Assembly: GCA_947649495.1 (NCBI GenBank)
Contig: CANSRU010000001.1
Coordinates: 54,837-118,836 of the forward strand
Length of the DNA: 64,000 bases
Source: an uncultured Porphyromonadaceae bacterium
GTDB taxonomy: Bacteria > Bacteroidota > Bacteroidia > Bacteroidales > Muribaculaceae
Direction of reading: 5' to 3'
Part shown: positions 20,308 to 30,515 of the stretch, piece by piece
How the letters are laid out: each line of letters begins with the position of its first letter
Numbering within the stretch: position 1 is the first letter of the stretch
Made by a program: the position numbers and the translations under genes
The notes under the pieces: generated by a model
Database searches by the model: none
What the model saw: only the letters and a program-made list of their open reading frames with translations
Told to the model about the DNA's origin: nothing

Positions 20308-21336
20308 ATGACTGATAAAAACAATCTAATAGTATATTGCGAGATAGAAGACGGCCACATTGCCGACGTAAGCCTCGAGCTGCTCACCAAAGGCCGCGAA
20401 CTCGCCAACAAACTCGGCGTGAAACTCGAAGCCGTGGTTATCGGCGATAACCTTGACGGAGTGGAAAATCAGATTGCACCCTACGGAGCCGATGTCGTGT
20501 ACAAAGTATCTGACAAACGTCTTTACCCCTACACTTCCAATCCTCACGCCGCTGTGCTCATCAATCTTTTCAAGGAAATCAAGCCTCAGGTATGCCTTAT
20601 GGGTGCCACCTGCATAGGCCGCGACCTTGGTCCCCGCGTATCCTCAAGCCTTCACAGCGGTCTCACCGCCGACTGTACATCGCTTGAAATCGGCGACCAC
20701 AAGGATCCCAAGACCGGAAAAGAATATGAGAACCTGCTCTATCAGATACGTCCCGCATTCGGTGGAAATATCGTGGCAACTATTGTCAACCCCGACTGCC
20801 GTCCGCAGATGGCCACCGTGCGCGAGGGTGTGATGAAGAAAGAGGTGTTCGATCCAGCCCACAAGGCTGAAGTGGTGAACCTCGATGCTTCCAAATATGT
20901 AAGTCCTGAGGACTTCGTGGTGGAAATAATCGACCGTCACATTGAGAAATCTAAAGTCAACATCAAGAACTCACCCATCATTGTGGCCGGTGGCTACGGC
21001 ATGGGATCAAAAGAGAACTTCGACCTGCTTTACAAACTCGCCGAAACACTCGGTGGAGAAGTCGGTGCATCGCGTGCCGCTGTTGACGCAGGCTTCTGCG
21101 ACCACGACCGTCAGATAGGCCAGACTGGTGTCACCGTACGCCCGAAACTCTATATCGCTTGCGGCATATCCGGACAGATTCAGCACATAGCCGGCATGCA
21201 GGAAAGCTCTATAATCATATCCATCAACAACGACCCCGATGCTCCGATAAACACTATCGCCGACTTCGTGATCAACGGCACCGCCGAGGATGTGATACCC
21301 AAACTGATAAAATATTACAAGAAAAACTCCAAGTAA
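20308..21336 (+). CDS. etfA: electron transfer flavoprotein subunit alpha
   Basis: 342 aa with the C-terminal FAD-binding signature (LYIACGISGQIQHIAGM). Confidence 0.92.
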   Translation: MTDKNNLIVYCEIEDGHIADVSLELLTKGRELANKLGVKLEAVVIGDNLDGVENQIAPYGADVVYKVSDKRLYPYTSNPHAAVLINLFKEIKPQVCLMGATCIGRDLGPRVSSSLHSGLTADCTSLEIGDHKDPKTGKEYENLLYQIRPAFGGNIVATIVNPDCRPQMATVREGVMKKEVFDPAHKAEVVNLDASKYVSPEDFVVEIIDRHIEKSKVNIKNSPIIVAGGYGMGSKENFDLLYKLAETLGGEVGASRAAVDAGFCDHDRQIGQTGVTVRPKLYIACGISGQIQHIAGMQESSIIISINNDPDAPINTIADFVINGTAEDVIPKLIKYYKKNSK

Positions 21337-21345
21337 GAAAAAGCC

Positions 21346-23046
21346 ATGGCTAATTTTTATAATGACAATCCGGATTTAAAGCATCATCTGCAACATCCGT
21401 TGATGCAGAAAATAGTTGAACTCAAGGAACGCAACTTTGCCGATGCCGAGACTTACGACTATGCGCCCCTCAACTTCGAGGACGCCATGGATTCCTACGA
21501 CAAGGTTCTTGAAGTGGTAGGCGAAATCTGCGGTGGAAAAATCGCTGAAAACGCCGAAGGTGTGGACCATCAGGGTCCACGCGTTGAGAACGGTCGCGTA
21601 ATCTATGCCGACGGGACTCAGGAAAATCTCGAGCTCTGCCGCAAGGCCGGTCTTATGGGCATGGCCATGCCCCGCCGCCTCGGTGGTCTGAACTTCCCCA
21701 TCACCCCCTATATAATGGCCGCTGACATTGTTAGTCGCGCCGATACCGGTTTTGAAAACCTCTGGGGACTTCAGGACTGCGCCGAGACTATCTACGAATT
21801 TGCCGACGAGGATCAGAAACAGCGTTTCATCCCCCGCGTGTGCAAAGGCGAAACCATGTCTATGGACCTCACCGAACCCGATGCCGGTTCCGACCTCCAG
21901 TCAGTGATGCTCAAAGCCACCGAACAGCCCGACGGCACATGGCGTCTGAATGGTGTGAAGCGATTCATAACCAATGGCGACAGTGATATTCACCTGGTAC
22001 TCGCCCGCTCTGAGGACGGAACCAAAGATGGCCGCGGACTTTCAATGTTCATCTACGACAAGCGCGATGGAGGTGTCACTGTGCGCCGCATCGAAAACAA
22101 GATGGGTATCAAAGGCTCGCCCACATGCGAACTTGTTTACAAGAACGCCAAGGCCGAACTTTGTGGTTCACGCCGCATGGGTCTCATAAAATATGTAATG
22201 GCACTTATGAACGGTGCTCGTCTCGGTATCGCCGCCCAATCGGTCGGTGTCAGCGAACGCGCCTACCGCGAGGCTTTGGCCTACGCCAAGGACCGCAAGC
22301 AGTTCGGCAAAGCAATCATCGAATTCCCCGCCGTTTACGAAATGCTTGCCGTGATGAAAGCCAAACTCGACGCATCCCGCGCACTGCTATATGAAACCTC
22401 ACGTTTTGTTGATATCTACAAAATCTACGAGGATATCGCCAAAGAACGTTCCCTCACCCCCGACGAACGCAAGGAGATGAAGGCCTACACTAAACTGGCC
22501 GATGCTTGCACCCCGCTTGTCAAAGGTATGGGCAGCGAATACTGCAACCAGAATGCCTACGACTGCATCCAGATTCACGGCGGTTCAGGTTTCATGAAGG
22601 ATTACGCCTGCGAACGTGTTTACCGCGACGCCCGCATCACATCCATCTACGAAGGTACCACTCAGCTTCAGGTAGTAGCTGCAATACGCCACGTCACCAC
22701 CGGCACATATCTCAATATGATTCGCGACTATGAGGCTCAGGAAATAAAAGATTCGCTCAAACCCTTGCGCGACAACCTCATTGCCCTTACCGAGAAATAT
22801 GAAAAAGCCGTAGCTGCAGTGATGGAAGTGAAGGATACAACCTACACTGACTTCATGGCACGCCGCATGGTGGAAATGGCAGGAAACATAATCATGGCCT
22901 ACCTGCTTATCCTCGATGCCAACCGCAACGACGCATTCACAGCTTCAGCCGAGGTCTACAACAAGATTGCACAGACCGAAGTAGCCAAGCATGCCGACTT
23001 CATTGCCAATTTCACTCCCGCACAGGTGGAGATGTACAAGGCTTGA
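21346..23046 (+). CDS. acyl-CoA dehydrogenase (long form with C-terminal extension)
   Basis: 566 aa with ACAD N-terminal, middle and C-terminal domain motifs (LTEPDAGSD, IHGGSGF, IYEGTTQLQ). It lies immediately downstream of etfBA. Confidence 0.9.
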   Translation: MANFYNDNPDLKHHLQHPLMQKIVELKERNFADAETYDYAPLNFEDAMDSYDKVLEVVGEICGGKIAENAEGVDHQGPRVENGRVIYADGTQENLELCRKAGLMGMAMPRRLGGLNFPITPYIMAADIVSRADTGFENLWGLQDCAETIYEFADEDQKQRFIPRVCKGETMSMDLTEPDAGSDLQSVMLKATEQPDGTWRLNGVKRFITNGDSDIHLVLARSEDGTKDGRGLSMFIYDKRDGGVTVRRIENKMGIKGSPTCELVYKNAKAELCGSRRMGLIKYVMALMNGARLGIAAQSVGVSERAYREALAYAKDRKQFGKAIIEFPAVYEMLAVMKAKLDASRALLYETSRFVDIYKIYEDIAKERSLTPDERKEMKAYTKLADACTPLVKGMGSEYCNQNAYDCIQIHGGSGFMKDYACERVYRDARITSIYEGTTQLQVVAAIRHVTTGTYLNMIRDYEAQEIKDSLKPLRDNLIALTEKYEKAVAAVMEVKDTTYTDFMARRMVEMAGNIIMAYLLILDANRNDAFTASAEVYNKIAQTEVAKHADFIANFTPAQVEMYKA

Positions 23047-23060
23047 TAGAAAGCGACATT

Positions 23061-23111
23061 TATATAAACAGATAGGGCTGCATGTTACATGCAGCCCTAT
23101 CTGTTTATATA
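23061..23111. terminator. perfect 24-bp-arm hairpin between the convergent acyl-CoA dehydrogenase and hemW genes (bidirectional terminator candidate)
   Basis: TATATAAACAGATAGGGCTGCATG (23061-23084), a TTA loop, then CATGCAGCCCTATCTGTTTATATA (23088-23111), which is the exact reverse complement. Confidence 0.65.
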
Positions 23112-23115
23112 TATC

Positions 23116-23135
23116 CCTTATTATATATAATAAGG
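23116..23135. repeat. 20-nt perfect AT-rich palindrome CCTTATTATATATAATAAGG
   Basis: Self-complementary sequence located 10 nt from the hemW stop. It may be a second terminator hairpin or a protein-binding site. Confidence 0.5.
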
Positions 23136-23144
23136 TGTGGAAAA

Positions 23145-24248
23145 CTATCTGAACAGCTCCACCAGTATGCTGTCGGAGATAAGCCAATGTCTTTCAGGAA
23201 TGGAAAGGCATCCATTTCTGTAGACCATATGCCCATGATCCATATACCGTACAGCCTTTGCAAGCAAATCCTTTTGCGCACTGTCACCGAAACGTTGTGC
23301 AAACTCATCGACATCCAGTCCCTCGACAGTGCGCAGACGCAACAGCATATATTCATTGGCCCGCTCGTCCGCATTCATATCTTCCACATCAAAAGCGCGG
23401 GCCGGGTTGTCAAGATACTTTTTGAGTGATGCGGGATTGGCCCTGCGCACATTGCCATCGAAACTATGGGCCGACGCACCCAGCCCGAGATATGGGGTAA
23501 GGTTCCAATATCCAGAATTATGTACCGACCGATAACCCGGCATGGCAAAATTGGAGATTTCATAGTGCTCCATGCCACTTGACGCCGCACACTCACAAAG
23601 TGACAGATACATTTGTTCAGAAACATCCTGACTTGTCTCAGCATACTTGCCGGCCTGATATTGCGCCCATAACCTTGTGCCCGGTTCGAGCATCAGACTG
23701 TAGGCGGAAAGATGCTCCGGACTGAAAGCCAAGACCTCACGCATTGACTTTTGCCAAGTGTCCAACGTCTGTCCGGGAAGACCATATATCAGGTCAAGGC
23801 TGAGATTATTTATGCCGGCGGAACGAAGAAGCGACACTGCCCTCCTCACATCATCCGCCGAATGCCGCCTGCCTACAGATTTCAGCTCCTCATCAACCAT
23901 GCTCTGTACTCCCATACTCACCCTGTTGACCGGCAATGTCGATATGAATCTTGACATTTCCGGTGTAATATCCTCAGGATTCACCTCCATGGTAACCTCT
24001 ACAGCATTGCCCATAGGGAGAATTGCCAGCAAACGCTCAAGAACATCCATAGGCAATATCGATGGCGTACCCCCTCCGATATATAAAGTGGTAATATCAC
24101 TGCCACCAAGTTCATCAGCACGCGCCGACAACTCCCGCTCAAGAGCTGTCACATACAACGACAAGTCATCGCGCCGTGCCGTTGAATAGAAATCACAATA
24201 TGCGCATTTGGAATGGCAATATGGTATATGTACATACAATCCGGCCAT
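23145..24248 (-). CDS. hemW: radical SAM heme chaperone HemW (HemN-like, oxygen-independent coproporphyrinogen oxidase family)
   Basis: 367 aa with the N-terminal motif LYVHIPYCHSKCAYCDF (CxxxCxxC). Confidence 0.88.
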   Translation of the reverse strand: MAGLYVHIPYCHSKCAYCDFYSTARRDDLSLYVTALERELSARADELGGSDITTLYIGGGTPSILPMDVLERLLAILPMGNAVEVTMEVNPEDITPEMSRFISTLPVNRVSMGVQSMVDEELKSVGRRHSADDVRRAVSLLRSAGINNLSLDLIYGLPGQTLDTWQKSMREVLAFSPEHLSAYSLMLEPGTRLWAQYQAGKYAETSQDVSEQMYLSLCECAASSGMEHYEISNFAMPGYRSVHNSGYWNLTPYLGLGASAHSFDGNVRRANPASLKKYLDNPARAFDVEDMNADERANEYMLLRLRTVEGLDVDEFAQRFGDSAQKDLLAKAVRYMDHGHMVYRNGCLSIPERHWLISDSILVELFR

Positions 24249-24262
24249 ATCTCACATCCCAC

Positions 24263-27190
24263 TTATAAATCGTCGGTAGCCGACTCACGGTCGCATATCG
24301 CCTTGAACTTGCAGAACTTACAGGCACGGTCAGACGGAGCTCTCGTAAACGGCACATCGGGATTGAATATCTCGAGGATTTTACTGTTGAGAGCATCCAC
24401 AAATTCCTCATACCACTGATGGTAATCAGCCACCACATCCCCGCCTATTTTCAATGGCTCAAGTCCCTTTGGCAATATGGTGCGCATCTTATAGATCGCG
24501 GGCATTATCGGTTGGTCGCTACCCTCCACTTCCCGATATACGTGGCAATAGAACATAAGTTGCATTATGGCCTTGGCCCTGTTGGGATTGGCCGTATCAA
24601 AAAGCGATTCCACCGAAGGTGCCTTCAGTTCATCTACACCCGTTTTGTAATCAACGAAACGCATTGTTCCGTCAACCATATCTATGCGGTCCACAACCTG
24701 TTTTACATTTACCGACAGACTGTCGGTTATCTTCAGCTGCCCCTCCATAGTCTTCTCGGCGCGCATAAATGTAAAGGGCGCGAGTTCACGGTCACACCGC
24801 AACATCGCGAGAATACTATGGCGTATAACCCTCCCGAGCACCAGACTCTCACCTACCAGAGGTGTCGCCACACGGTCGTCGGGAAGTTTATTGTAATTAC
24901 GGTTTATCGACTCCGTCACAAGGCGGTCCACACACGTGTTACCATGTTCGAGATAACGGTCTATTAGTTCAGGCGTGACAACCACTCCCGAATCAGGATC
25001 AGCACCTTGGAACTGCTGATAGAACTTCTGGGCCACCTCATGCAATATTGTGCCATAGGTACTCGCGTCCATATAGTCCGTCACATCATCGTCAACATTA
25101 TACCCCTCTACATATTGCAGATAGAACTCAAGCGGACAGCTTATATATGTATTGATGGCACTCGCCGACAGATTCCGTCCACCGGGCTTAGTGAAATTTT
25201 CCAACAGCCCCATAACCCTCGCATCTTTCCTGGCGGAAGCACCGTTGAATTCATAGCGCCTTGTGGAGTACACCGCAAGACGGTGCGATATATCCGCATC
25301 GGGAAAGAGATACAGCAGTTGGGCTATATATCGCGACAGCTCACTGCTTTTTGTTCCGCCCACCGTACGTGCATCATATATCAACGTGACATTTCGCGCA
25401 CGCGATATCAATCTATAGAAATAATAAGCGAAGATACTCTCCTGAAAATCTATAGTGGCCATGCCATAGCCATGGCGCAAAGCATCAGGAATGAACGAAC
25501 GTGTATAATGCTTACGGGGAAACACTCGTTCGTTCATCGACAGCATGACTACATTATCGAAATCAAGCGCGCGCGTCTCGAGCACACCCATCACCTGAAG
25601 ACCTTTTAGCGGTTCACCCACAAAACTTACGGTATCGCCGTTGATAGCGCGCTCTATAAGATGAAAAAACGAATTGCCCCGCATTGAAATTCCGAAACGC
25701 TTCGAGGCATCAAACAGCGCATCAACCGCCTGCCGGTAAGAATCGACAAAATGACGCTGCATGCGGTCGTCGGGCTCAAGAGCACTGCTCACAAAATCGC
25801 ATAGGCCGTCCACATACTCAGCCACACAATCCATATCGTCCATATCTGCAACCGAAGCAAATACCGGAACCAATGCCGGTGCTTTCTCAGCAACCACCGG
25901 TGCAGGTATCTGAAACAGGCGCCGTTGCTGTATCTCTGCCGCGAGATTATCGCACCCCTCGGCGTCAACCGAACGTATGAACGGCGATGCCAGAAGAGTG
26001 GCCACATCATCGTAGAAGAATGTCCTTATGCCATTTTTGACGCGCGAGCGCAATTGCAGGCTCACAATATTACGCATCAGCGCCGACACCGGACTGAGAC
26101 GCATCGGAAATCCCATGGTCACATTCATGGCCCCCACTTCGGTAGGCACAGAATGAATCATAGGGATGAAGAGAGATTCGTCAGGCAGCACCACAGCCGT
26201 ATCTATGGCATTGTCCTTGTCGGCTATAGCTCCTGACTGTATCCACTGTTCGATACACTTTCCGGCCGCCTTAACCTGTCCGACACCCGACGGCACCCCG
26301 AGCACAGTGATATGCGGGAATCCTGATGGAGATTCACCCTTCAGATTGTAACGCGACGGAAACTCACGCATGTTCCTGCGGAGAAAACGTCCGGCCTTAT
26401 TGTCGGGATGATTGAATGCGGGTGAGTCGAAGTCCCAGTAAAAATCGGCGGCACCACGGCGCTGAAGTATAGAGAATATCTTTATCTCAGATGTCGATAG
26501 CACATTGAACCCCACGAACACGCACCGCGAATATGGCAATCGGTCCATGCCATCCGAAAGCACATCCACCGCATTACGGTAAAGCATACCCTGTGTGGCA
26601 AGTCCCTGCTCCGACAGACTCCGGCGATAACCATTGTACAGTGGCAGCAACACCTCCCATAGTTTCACAAAAGCCTGCTGCCGTTTATTTCCACCGTCGC
26701 GGTCTATATGATTCCAGAAGCGGTCTATATATTCGCCCGGACGTTCCTCGCCCCAATAGCGGCGTATCACCTCAAGCTGCTCCTCAGTAAGATAATTGGC
26801 CGAAATCTCACGCAGACGCTTCACATTGACAAACAACGCCTCGGCATCCACCAGATAGCGGTCAACATCATTGAAATCCCCTATAAGCATCTCACCCCAG
26901 AATAGGAATCGGTCGAAATCTACATCCACACCGGGCTGGAGACAATATTCATTATAGAGCGTAAAAAGTTGCTCGTAGCGGTTGGCCTCAGTCGCATCCG
27001 ACAATTCCCCGACAAACTCCGATATTGTCATTATCCGCGGGAACATGGAACCCGCCGGCAGTTCTCTTTTAAGGAAGTTGGCGAAAAATGTACCGCTTCG
27101 CTTATTCGGGAAAACAAAGCAATAACTGTAGAGCGCCGCAGCCTCCCGGTCGGCATACACTGAAGCTACCTGCTGTAGAAAAGGGGTCAT
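24263..27190 (-). CDS. PD-(D/E)XK nuclease family protein (AddB-like)
   Basis: 975 aa. The C-terminal nuclease core has IDMVDG...FVDYKTG, and a terminal Cys cluster (CKFCKFKAIC) is consistent with an AddB-type Fe-S domain. Confidence 0.75.
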   Translation of the reverse strand: MTPFLQQVASVYADREAAALYSYCFVFPNKRSGTFFANFLKRELPAGSMFPRIMTISEFVGELSDATEANRYEQLFTLYNEYCLQPGVDVDFDRFLFWGEMLIGDFNDVDRYLVDAEALFVNVKRLREISANYLTEEQLEVIRRYWGEERPGEYIDRFWNHIDRDGGNKRQQAFVKLWEVLLPLYNGYRRSLSEQGLATQGMLYRNAVDVLSDGMDRLPYSRCVFVGFNVLSTSEIKIFSILQRRGAADFYWDFDSPAFNHPDNKAGRFLRRNMREFPSRYNLKGESPSGFPHITVLGVPSGVGQVKAAGKCIEQWIQSGAIADKDNAIDTAVVLPDESLFIPMIHSVPTEVGAMNVTMGFPMRLSPVSALMRNIVSLQLRSRVKNGIRTFFYDDVATLLASPFIRSVDAEGCDNLAAEIQQRRLFQIPAPVVAEKAPALVPVFASVADMDDMDCVAEYVDGLCDFVSSALEPDDRMQRHFVDSYRQAVDALFDASKRFGISMRGNSFFHLIERAINGDTVSFVGEPLKGLQVMGVLETRALDFDNVVMLSMNERVFPRKHYTRSFIPDALRHGYGMATIDFQESIFAYYFYRLISRARNVTLIYDARTVGGTKSSELSRYIAQLLYLFPDADISHRLAVYSTRRYEFNGASARKDARVMGLLENFTKPGGRNLSASAINTYISCPLEFYLQYVEGYNVDDDVTDYMDASTYGTILHEVAQKFYQQFQGADPDSGVVVTPELIDRYLEHGNTCVDRLVTESINRNYNKLPDDRVATPLVGESLVLGRVIRHSILAMLRCDRELAPFTFMRAEKTMEGQLKITDSLSVNVKQVVDRIDMVDGTMRFVDYKTGVDELKAPSVESLFDTANPNRAKAIMQLMFYCHVYREVEGSDQPIMPAIYKMRTILPKGLEPLKIGGDVVADYHQWYEEFVDALNSKILEIFNPDVPFTRAPSDRACKFCKFKAICDRESATDDL

Positions 27191-28320
27191 TTCTGTATCA
27201 AAAGCATTATCACCTTTATAGCCACATCAAGATTGACAATCTTACCGTTGGCATTACCGGCTATGTCCGTTCGGGCGTCATTGAACACCCTCATAAGCGT
27301 CTCTACATTGCGCTCGTTGATAAACCGCGCGAAACGTGAACTGAACTGAGCCTCAGCCGGGTTGAGATAGCTTATCTGCGGGACATTGAAATTATACACG
27401 AAATTCTCGCGCAACAACCGCATGGCATAGTCGTAGAATCGCAATTCCGGCTCCCGGCCCAGCGCAGCGAGTTCATTGGCCCATTCGCGCAGCTCCTTCA
27501 CATTGCGCTGATAGGCCAGACGCATCAGACTTATGAAAATATCCAGAAACTTCGAACTCTCCTTGCTGACATGCAGATTGTTGAGCGCCGACAGCATGCT
27601 GCCTTCAGCTATATGCGCTATAGTCATGGCCTGTCCGCGTTCCACACCGTGGCGCGATTCAAGGATATCGGCTATTGTCCCTGCGGGCAGACGTTTCATC
27701 TCAATGCGTTGCACGCGGGAATATATGGTAGGGAGCAGATCCTCCGGACGGTTGCTCGCCAGAATGAATATCGTGTCGGGATATGGTTCCTCGAGAAGTT
27801 TGAGCAACTTATTTGATGTCTCCTCGTTCATCCTCTCGGGCAACCACCATATCACCACCCTGTAGCGGGTAACATGCGAAGTGAACGCAAGCTTGTGTAT
27901 CAATGCGTTGGCTTCGGTTACGTACGTCATGGTCTGCGCATTTTTCTTTGTGAATGTCGCAGTCCATGCCTGAAGGTCCATATACACGCGGTCAGATGCA
28001 AAATCGCGCCATTCCTGTATGAAATCGTCCGACACCGGCGCATCGCCACCACCTTCGGGCTTCACCACCGGAAACACGTACGATGTATCTATATGGTTGA
28101 ATGTCTGATGCCATCGGCACGACTGGCATTCGCCACAGGCATCACCCTCGGGCGTGCGGCGCTCACAATGCAGATACTGCGCAAAAGCACGCGCCATTGC
28201 CAATTTGCCTATGCCCTCGGGGCCTTCAAGCAGCAAAGCATGCGGAATCCGGTCCTCCTCCACCATGCGGCGCAATCGTTCCTTGACATGCTCATGAGCC
28301 GGTATATCGCTGAATCTCAT
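27187..28320 (-). CDS. holB: DNA polymerase III subunit delta-prime (clamp-loader AAA+ protein)
   Basis: 377 aa with HALLLEGPEGIGK, a zinc module (CGECQSC) and an SRV/SRC-type motif (YSRVQRI). There is a 4-nt overlap with the downstream nuclease gene. Confidence 0.85.
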   Translation of the reverse strand: MRFSDIPAHEHVKERLRRMVEEDRIPHALLLEGPEGIGKLAMARAFAQYLHCERRTPEGDACGECQSCRWHQTFNHIDTSYVFPVVKPEGGGDAPVSDDFIQEWRDFASDRVYMDLQAWTATFTKKNAQTMTYVTEANALIHKLAFTSHVTRYRVVIWWLPERMNEETSNKLLKLLEEPYPDTIFILASNRPEDLLPTIYSRVQRIEMKRLPAGTIADILESRHGVERGQAMTIAHIAEGSMLSALNNLHVSKESSKFLDIFISLMRLAYQRNVKELREWANELAALGREPELRFYDYAMRLLRENFVYNFNVPQISYLNPAEAQFSSRFARFINERNVETLMRVFNDARTDIAGNANGKIVNLDVAIKVIMLLIQK

Positions 28321-28379
28321 TCCTGACTACAGAATTTGTTATACACACAAATTTACGTAATTCCCGTGGCTTTGCAAAA

Positions 28380-28853
28380 TCAATCGTGATGGTATGGCTC
28401 ACCGCGCAGTATGGTCATCGAGCGATACACCTGTTCTACGAAGAAAAGACGTATCATCTCATGCGAGAATGTCATGCGGGATAATGAAATCTTACCGTCG
28501 GCGCGCTTGTACATTGCATCAGAAAAACCGTATGGTCCACCTATCACAAACACAAGCCGTTTCAATCCGGAATTCATCCGTGTCTCTACAAACTGAGCGA
28601 ATTCCCTCGATGTAAACTCACGTCCGCGCTCATCGAGCAATACCACCGCATCGCCGGGCTGCAGCGCCGACATCATTGTAGCCCCCTCTTTCTCTTTCTG
28701 CTGTTCTTCTGTAAGTCCGCGCCCTCCTTTTATATCGGGCAGGATTTTGAACTCCATGGGGATATAATGCACTATGCGCGACATATACATATCTATACCC
28801 GAACGCAGATAGTCAGTCTGGGTTTTACCGATAGCGAGCAGAAATATTTTCAT
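28380..28853 (-). CDS. rlmH: 23S rRNA (pseudouridine1915-N3)-methyltransferase
   Basis: 157 aa SPOUT-family protein with MKIFLLAIGK and a C-terminal GEPYHH. Confidence 0.92.
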   Translation of the reverse strand: MKIFLLAIGKTQTDYLRSGIDMYMSRIVHYIPMEFKILPDIKGGRGLTEEQQKEKEGATMMSALQPGDAVVLLDERGREFTSREFAQFVETRMNSGLKRLVFVIGGPYGFSDAMYKRADGKISLSRMTFSHEMIRLFFVEQVYRSMTILRGEPYHHD

Positions 28854-28886
28854 CAGACAGGATTTGTGATGTTAGCTTCTTATTAC

Positions 28887-28894
28887 TAATTTTG
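28887..28894 (+). promoter_or_regulatory. -7 promoter box TAATTTTG upstream of nadC
   Basis: Matches TAnnTTTG, 29 nt before the ATG at 28923. Confidence 0.45.
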
Positions 28895-28922
28895 TACAAA
28901 AGTAACGAAACCGCACTACATT

Positions 28923-29768
28923 ATGAAATCAAAAGACGAACTCATAGACGATCTACTCACCCTGGCCTTTGCTGAAGATGTTGGCGATGGCGACCATACC
29001 ACACTCTCCACCATTCCTGCCGACGAAATGGGACGTCAACGTCTCATTGTGAAAGAGGAAGGCATACTGGCCGGAGTGGAAATCGCAGGCAAGGTGTTCC
29101 GGAAATTCGATCCGGAGCTCAAAATGACAGTTCACATAACCGACGGTTCCCATGTAAAGCCGGGCGATATAGCATTTGAGGTGGAAGGACGCGTGCGCTC
29201 ACTTCTGCAGACCGAACGCATAATGCTAAACATTATGCAGCGCATGAGCGGCATAGCCACCACCACCGCACGCTATCAGAAACAACTCGAGGGTTTGAAG
29301 ACAAAAGTGCTCGACACCCGGAAGACCACTCCCGGCATGCGTATGCTTGAGAAAGAAGCCGTGCGCATAGGTGGCGGATGCAACCACCGTATAGGCCTCT
29401 TCGACATGATACTGATAAAGGACAACCATGTGGATTTTGCCGGAGGCATACCGCAAGCGGTAGCAGCAGCAAAAAAATATTGTGCCGAAACCGGCCGCGA
29501 CCTCAAGATTGAACTCGAAGTGCGCAACACTGACGAGATTCTTCAGGCTCTCGATGCCGGAGTGGACCGCATAATGCTTGACAATTTCACTCCCGAGCGC
29601 ACACGCGAGGCTGTAGAACTGATTAACGGACGCACCGAAATTGAATCGTCGGGCGGCATAACAATCGACACTCTGCGAGCTTATGGAGAATGTGGTGTTG
29701 ACTACATTTCAGTCGGAGCGCTAACGCACTCTGTAAAGGGTCTCGACATGAGCTTCAAAGCCTGCTGA
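28923..29768 (+). CDS. nadC: nicotinate-nucleotide diphosphorylase (carboxylating)
   Basis: 281 aa with QPRTase motifs (DTRKTTPG, IMLDNF, ESSGGI). Confidence 0.93.
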   Translation: MKSKDELIDDLLTLAFAEDVGDGDHTTLSTIPADEMGRQRLIVKEEGILAGVEIAGKVFRKFDPELKMTVHITDGSHVKPGDIAFEVEGRVRSLLQTERIMLNIMQRMSGIATTTARYQKQLEGLKTKVLDTRKTTPGMRMLEKEAVRIGGGCNHRIGLFDMILIKDNHVDFAGGIPQAVAAAKKYCAETGRDLKIELEVRNTDEILQALDAGVDRIMLDNFTPERTREAVELINGRTEIESSGGITIDTLRAYGECGVDYISVGALTHSVKGLDMSFKAC

Positions 29769-29772
29769 CAGC

Positions 29773-30417
29773 CTACTGCTTAAGGGACAACAGATCATTG
29801 ACCGACAATTCATTCAAGCCGCCGATAATCTTGGCGGCTTTTCCTTTAAGCATCTCGGGGGGATAGGTAGTTGACAGCGCCACCACAGTAGCTCCCGAGG
29901 CAGCACCGGCTTTCAGACCCTGCAGCGAATCCTCGAAAACGAAGCAATCCCCGGGTGCGCGCCCTATAGCCGACGCCCCCTTGAGATATCCTTCGGGATC
30001 AGGTTTGGACCGGCTGACCTGTGAAGCATCTATCACAGCCGCAAAATATTTGCGTAGTCCGGGATGTTGCTCGAAAAGCAGCTGCATCTTGCGCGAATCG
30101 CTGCTTGTCACTATAGCCGCCGGGATTCCCCTCGATGCAAGTTCATCGAGAAAGCGTTCCACGCCGGGATAAATCTCATAGACCATCGACTCCTGAAAGT
30201 CGTGTATACGGCGTAGGATGTCAGCCTTGACCTCCTCATTGTCGTAATGCTTCATTATTTCAGGAAGAGTTGTCCCCTTTATCGCTATGGCATAATTTTC
30301 TATTCCGGTGGGGTACATGCGGTCTATCTCCTCCCAGAATCGGGTATAGGTGGATTCGCTGTCTATCAGCACTCCATCAAGGTCAAACAAAGCCCCGTAA
30401 CGTGTAACGTCAATCAT
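29773..30417 (-). CDS. HAD-IA family hydrolase (beta-phosphoglucomutase-like phosphatase)
   Basis: 214 aa with HAD motif I (FDLDGVLIDSE), motif II (VTSS) and motif III (FEDS). Confidence 0.85.
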   Translation of the reverse strand: MIDVTRYGALFDLDGVLIDSESTYTRFWEEIDRMYPTGIENYAIAIKGTTLPEIMKHYDNEEVKADILRRIHDFQESMVYEIYPGVERFLDELASRGIPAAIVTSSDSRKMQLLFEQHPGLRKYFAAVIDASQVSRSKPDPEGYLKGASAIGRAPGDCFVFEDSLQGLKAGAASGATVVALSTTYPPEMLKGKAAKIIGGLNELSVNDLLSLKQ

Positions 30418-30488
30418 ATTTTTCAGCTATTGCAGATTTTTTGTGCAAAAATAACATCCTTGTTAAGAAAAAAGGATTTATAAAGCGT

Positions 30489-30496
30489 TAAATTTG
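30489..30496 (+). promoter_or_regulatory. -7 promoter box TAAATTTG upstream of the MATE transporter gene
   Basis: Matches TAnnTTTG, 20 nt before the ATG at 30516. Confidence 0.4.
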
Positions 30497-30515
30497 TGCA
30501 ACACTTTTTATAAGG

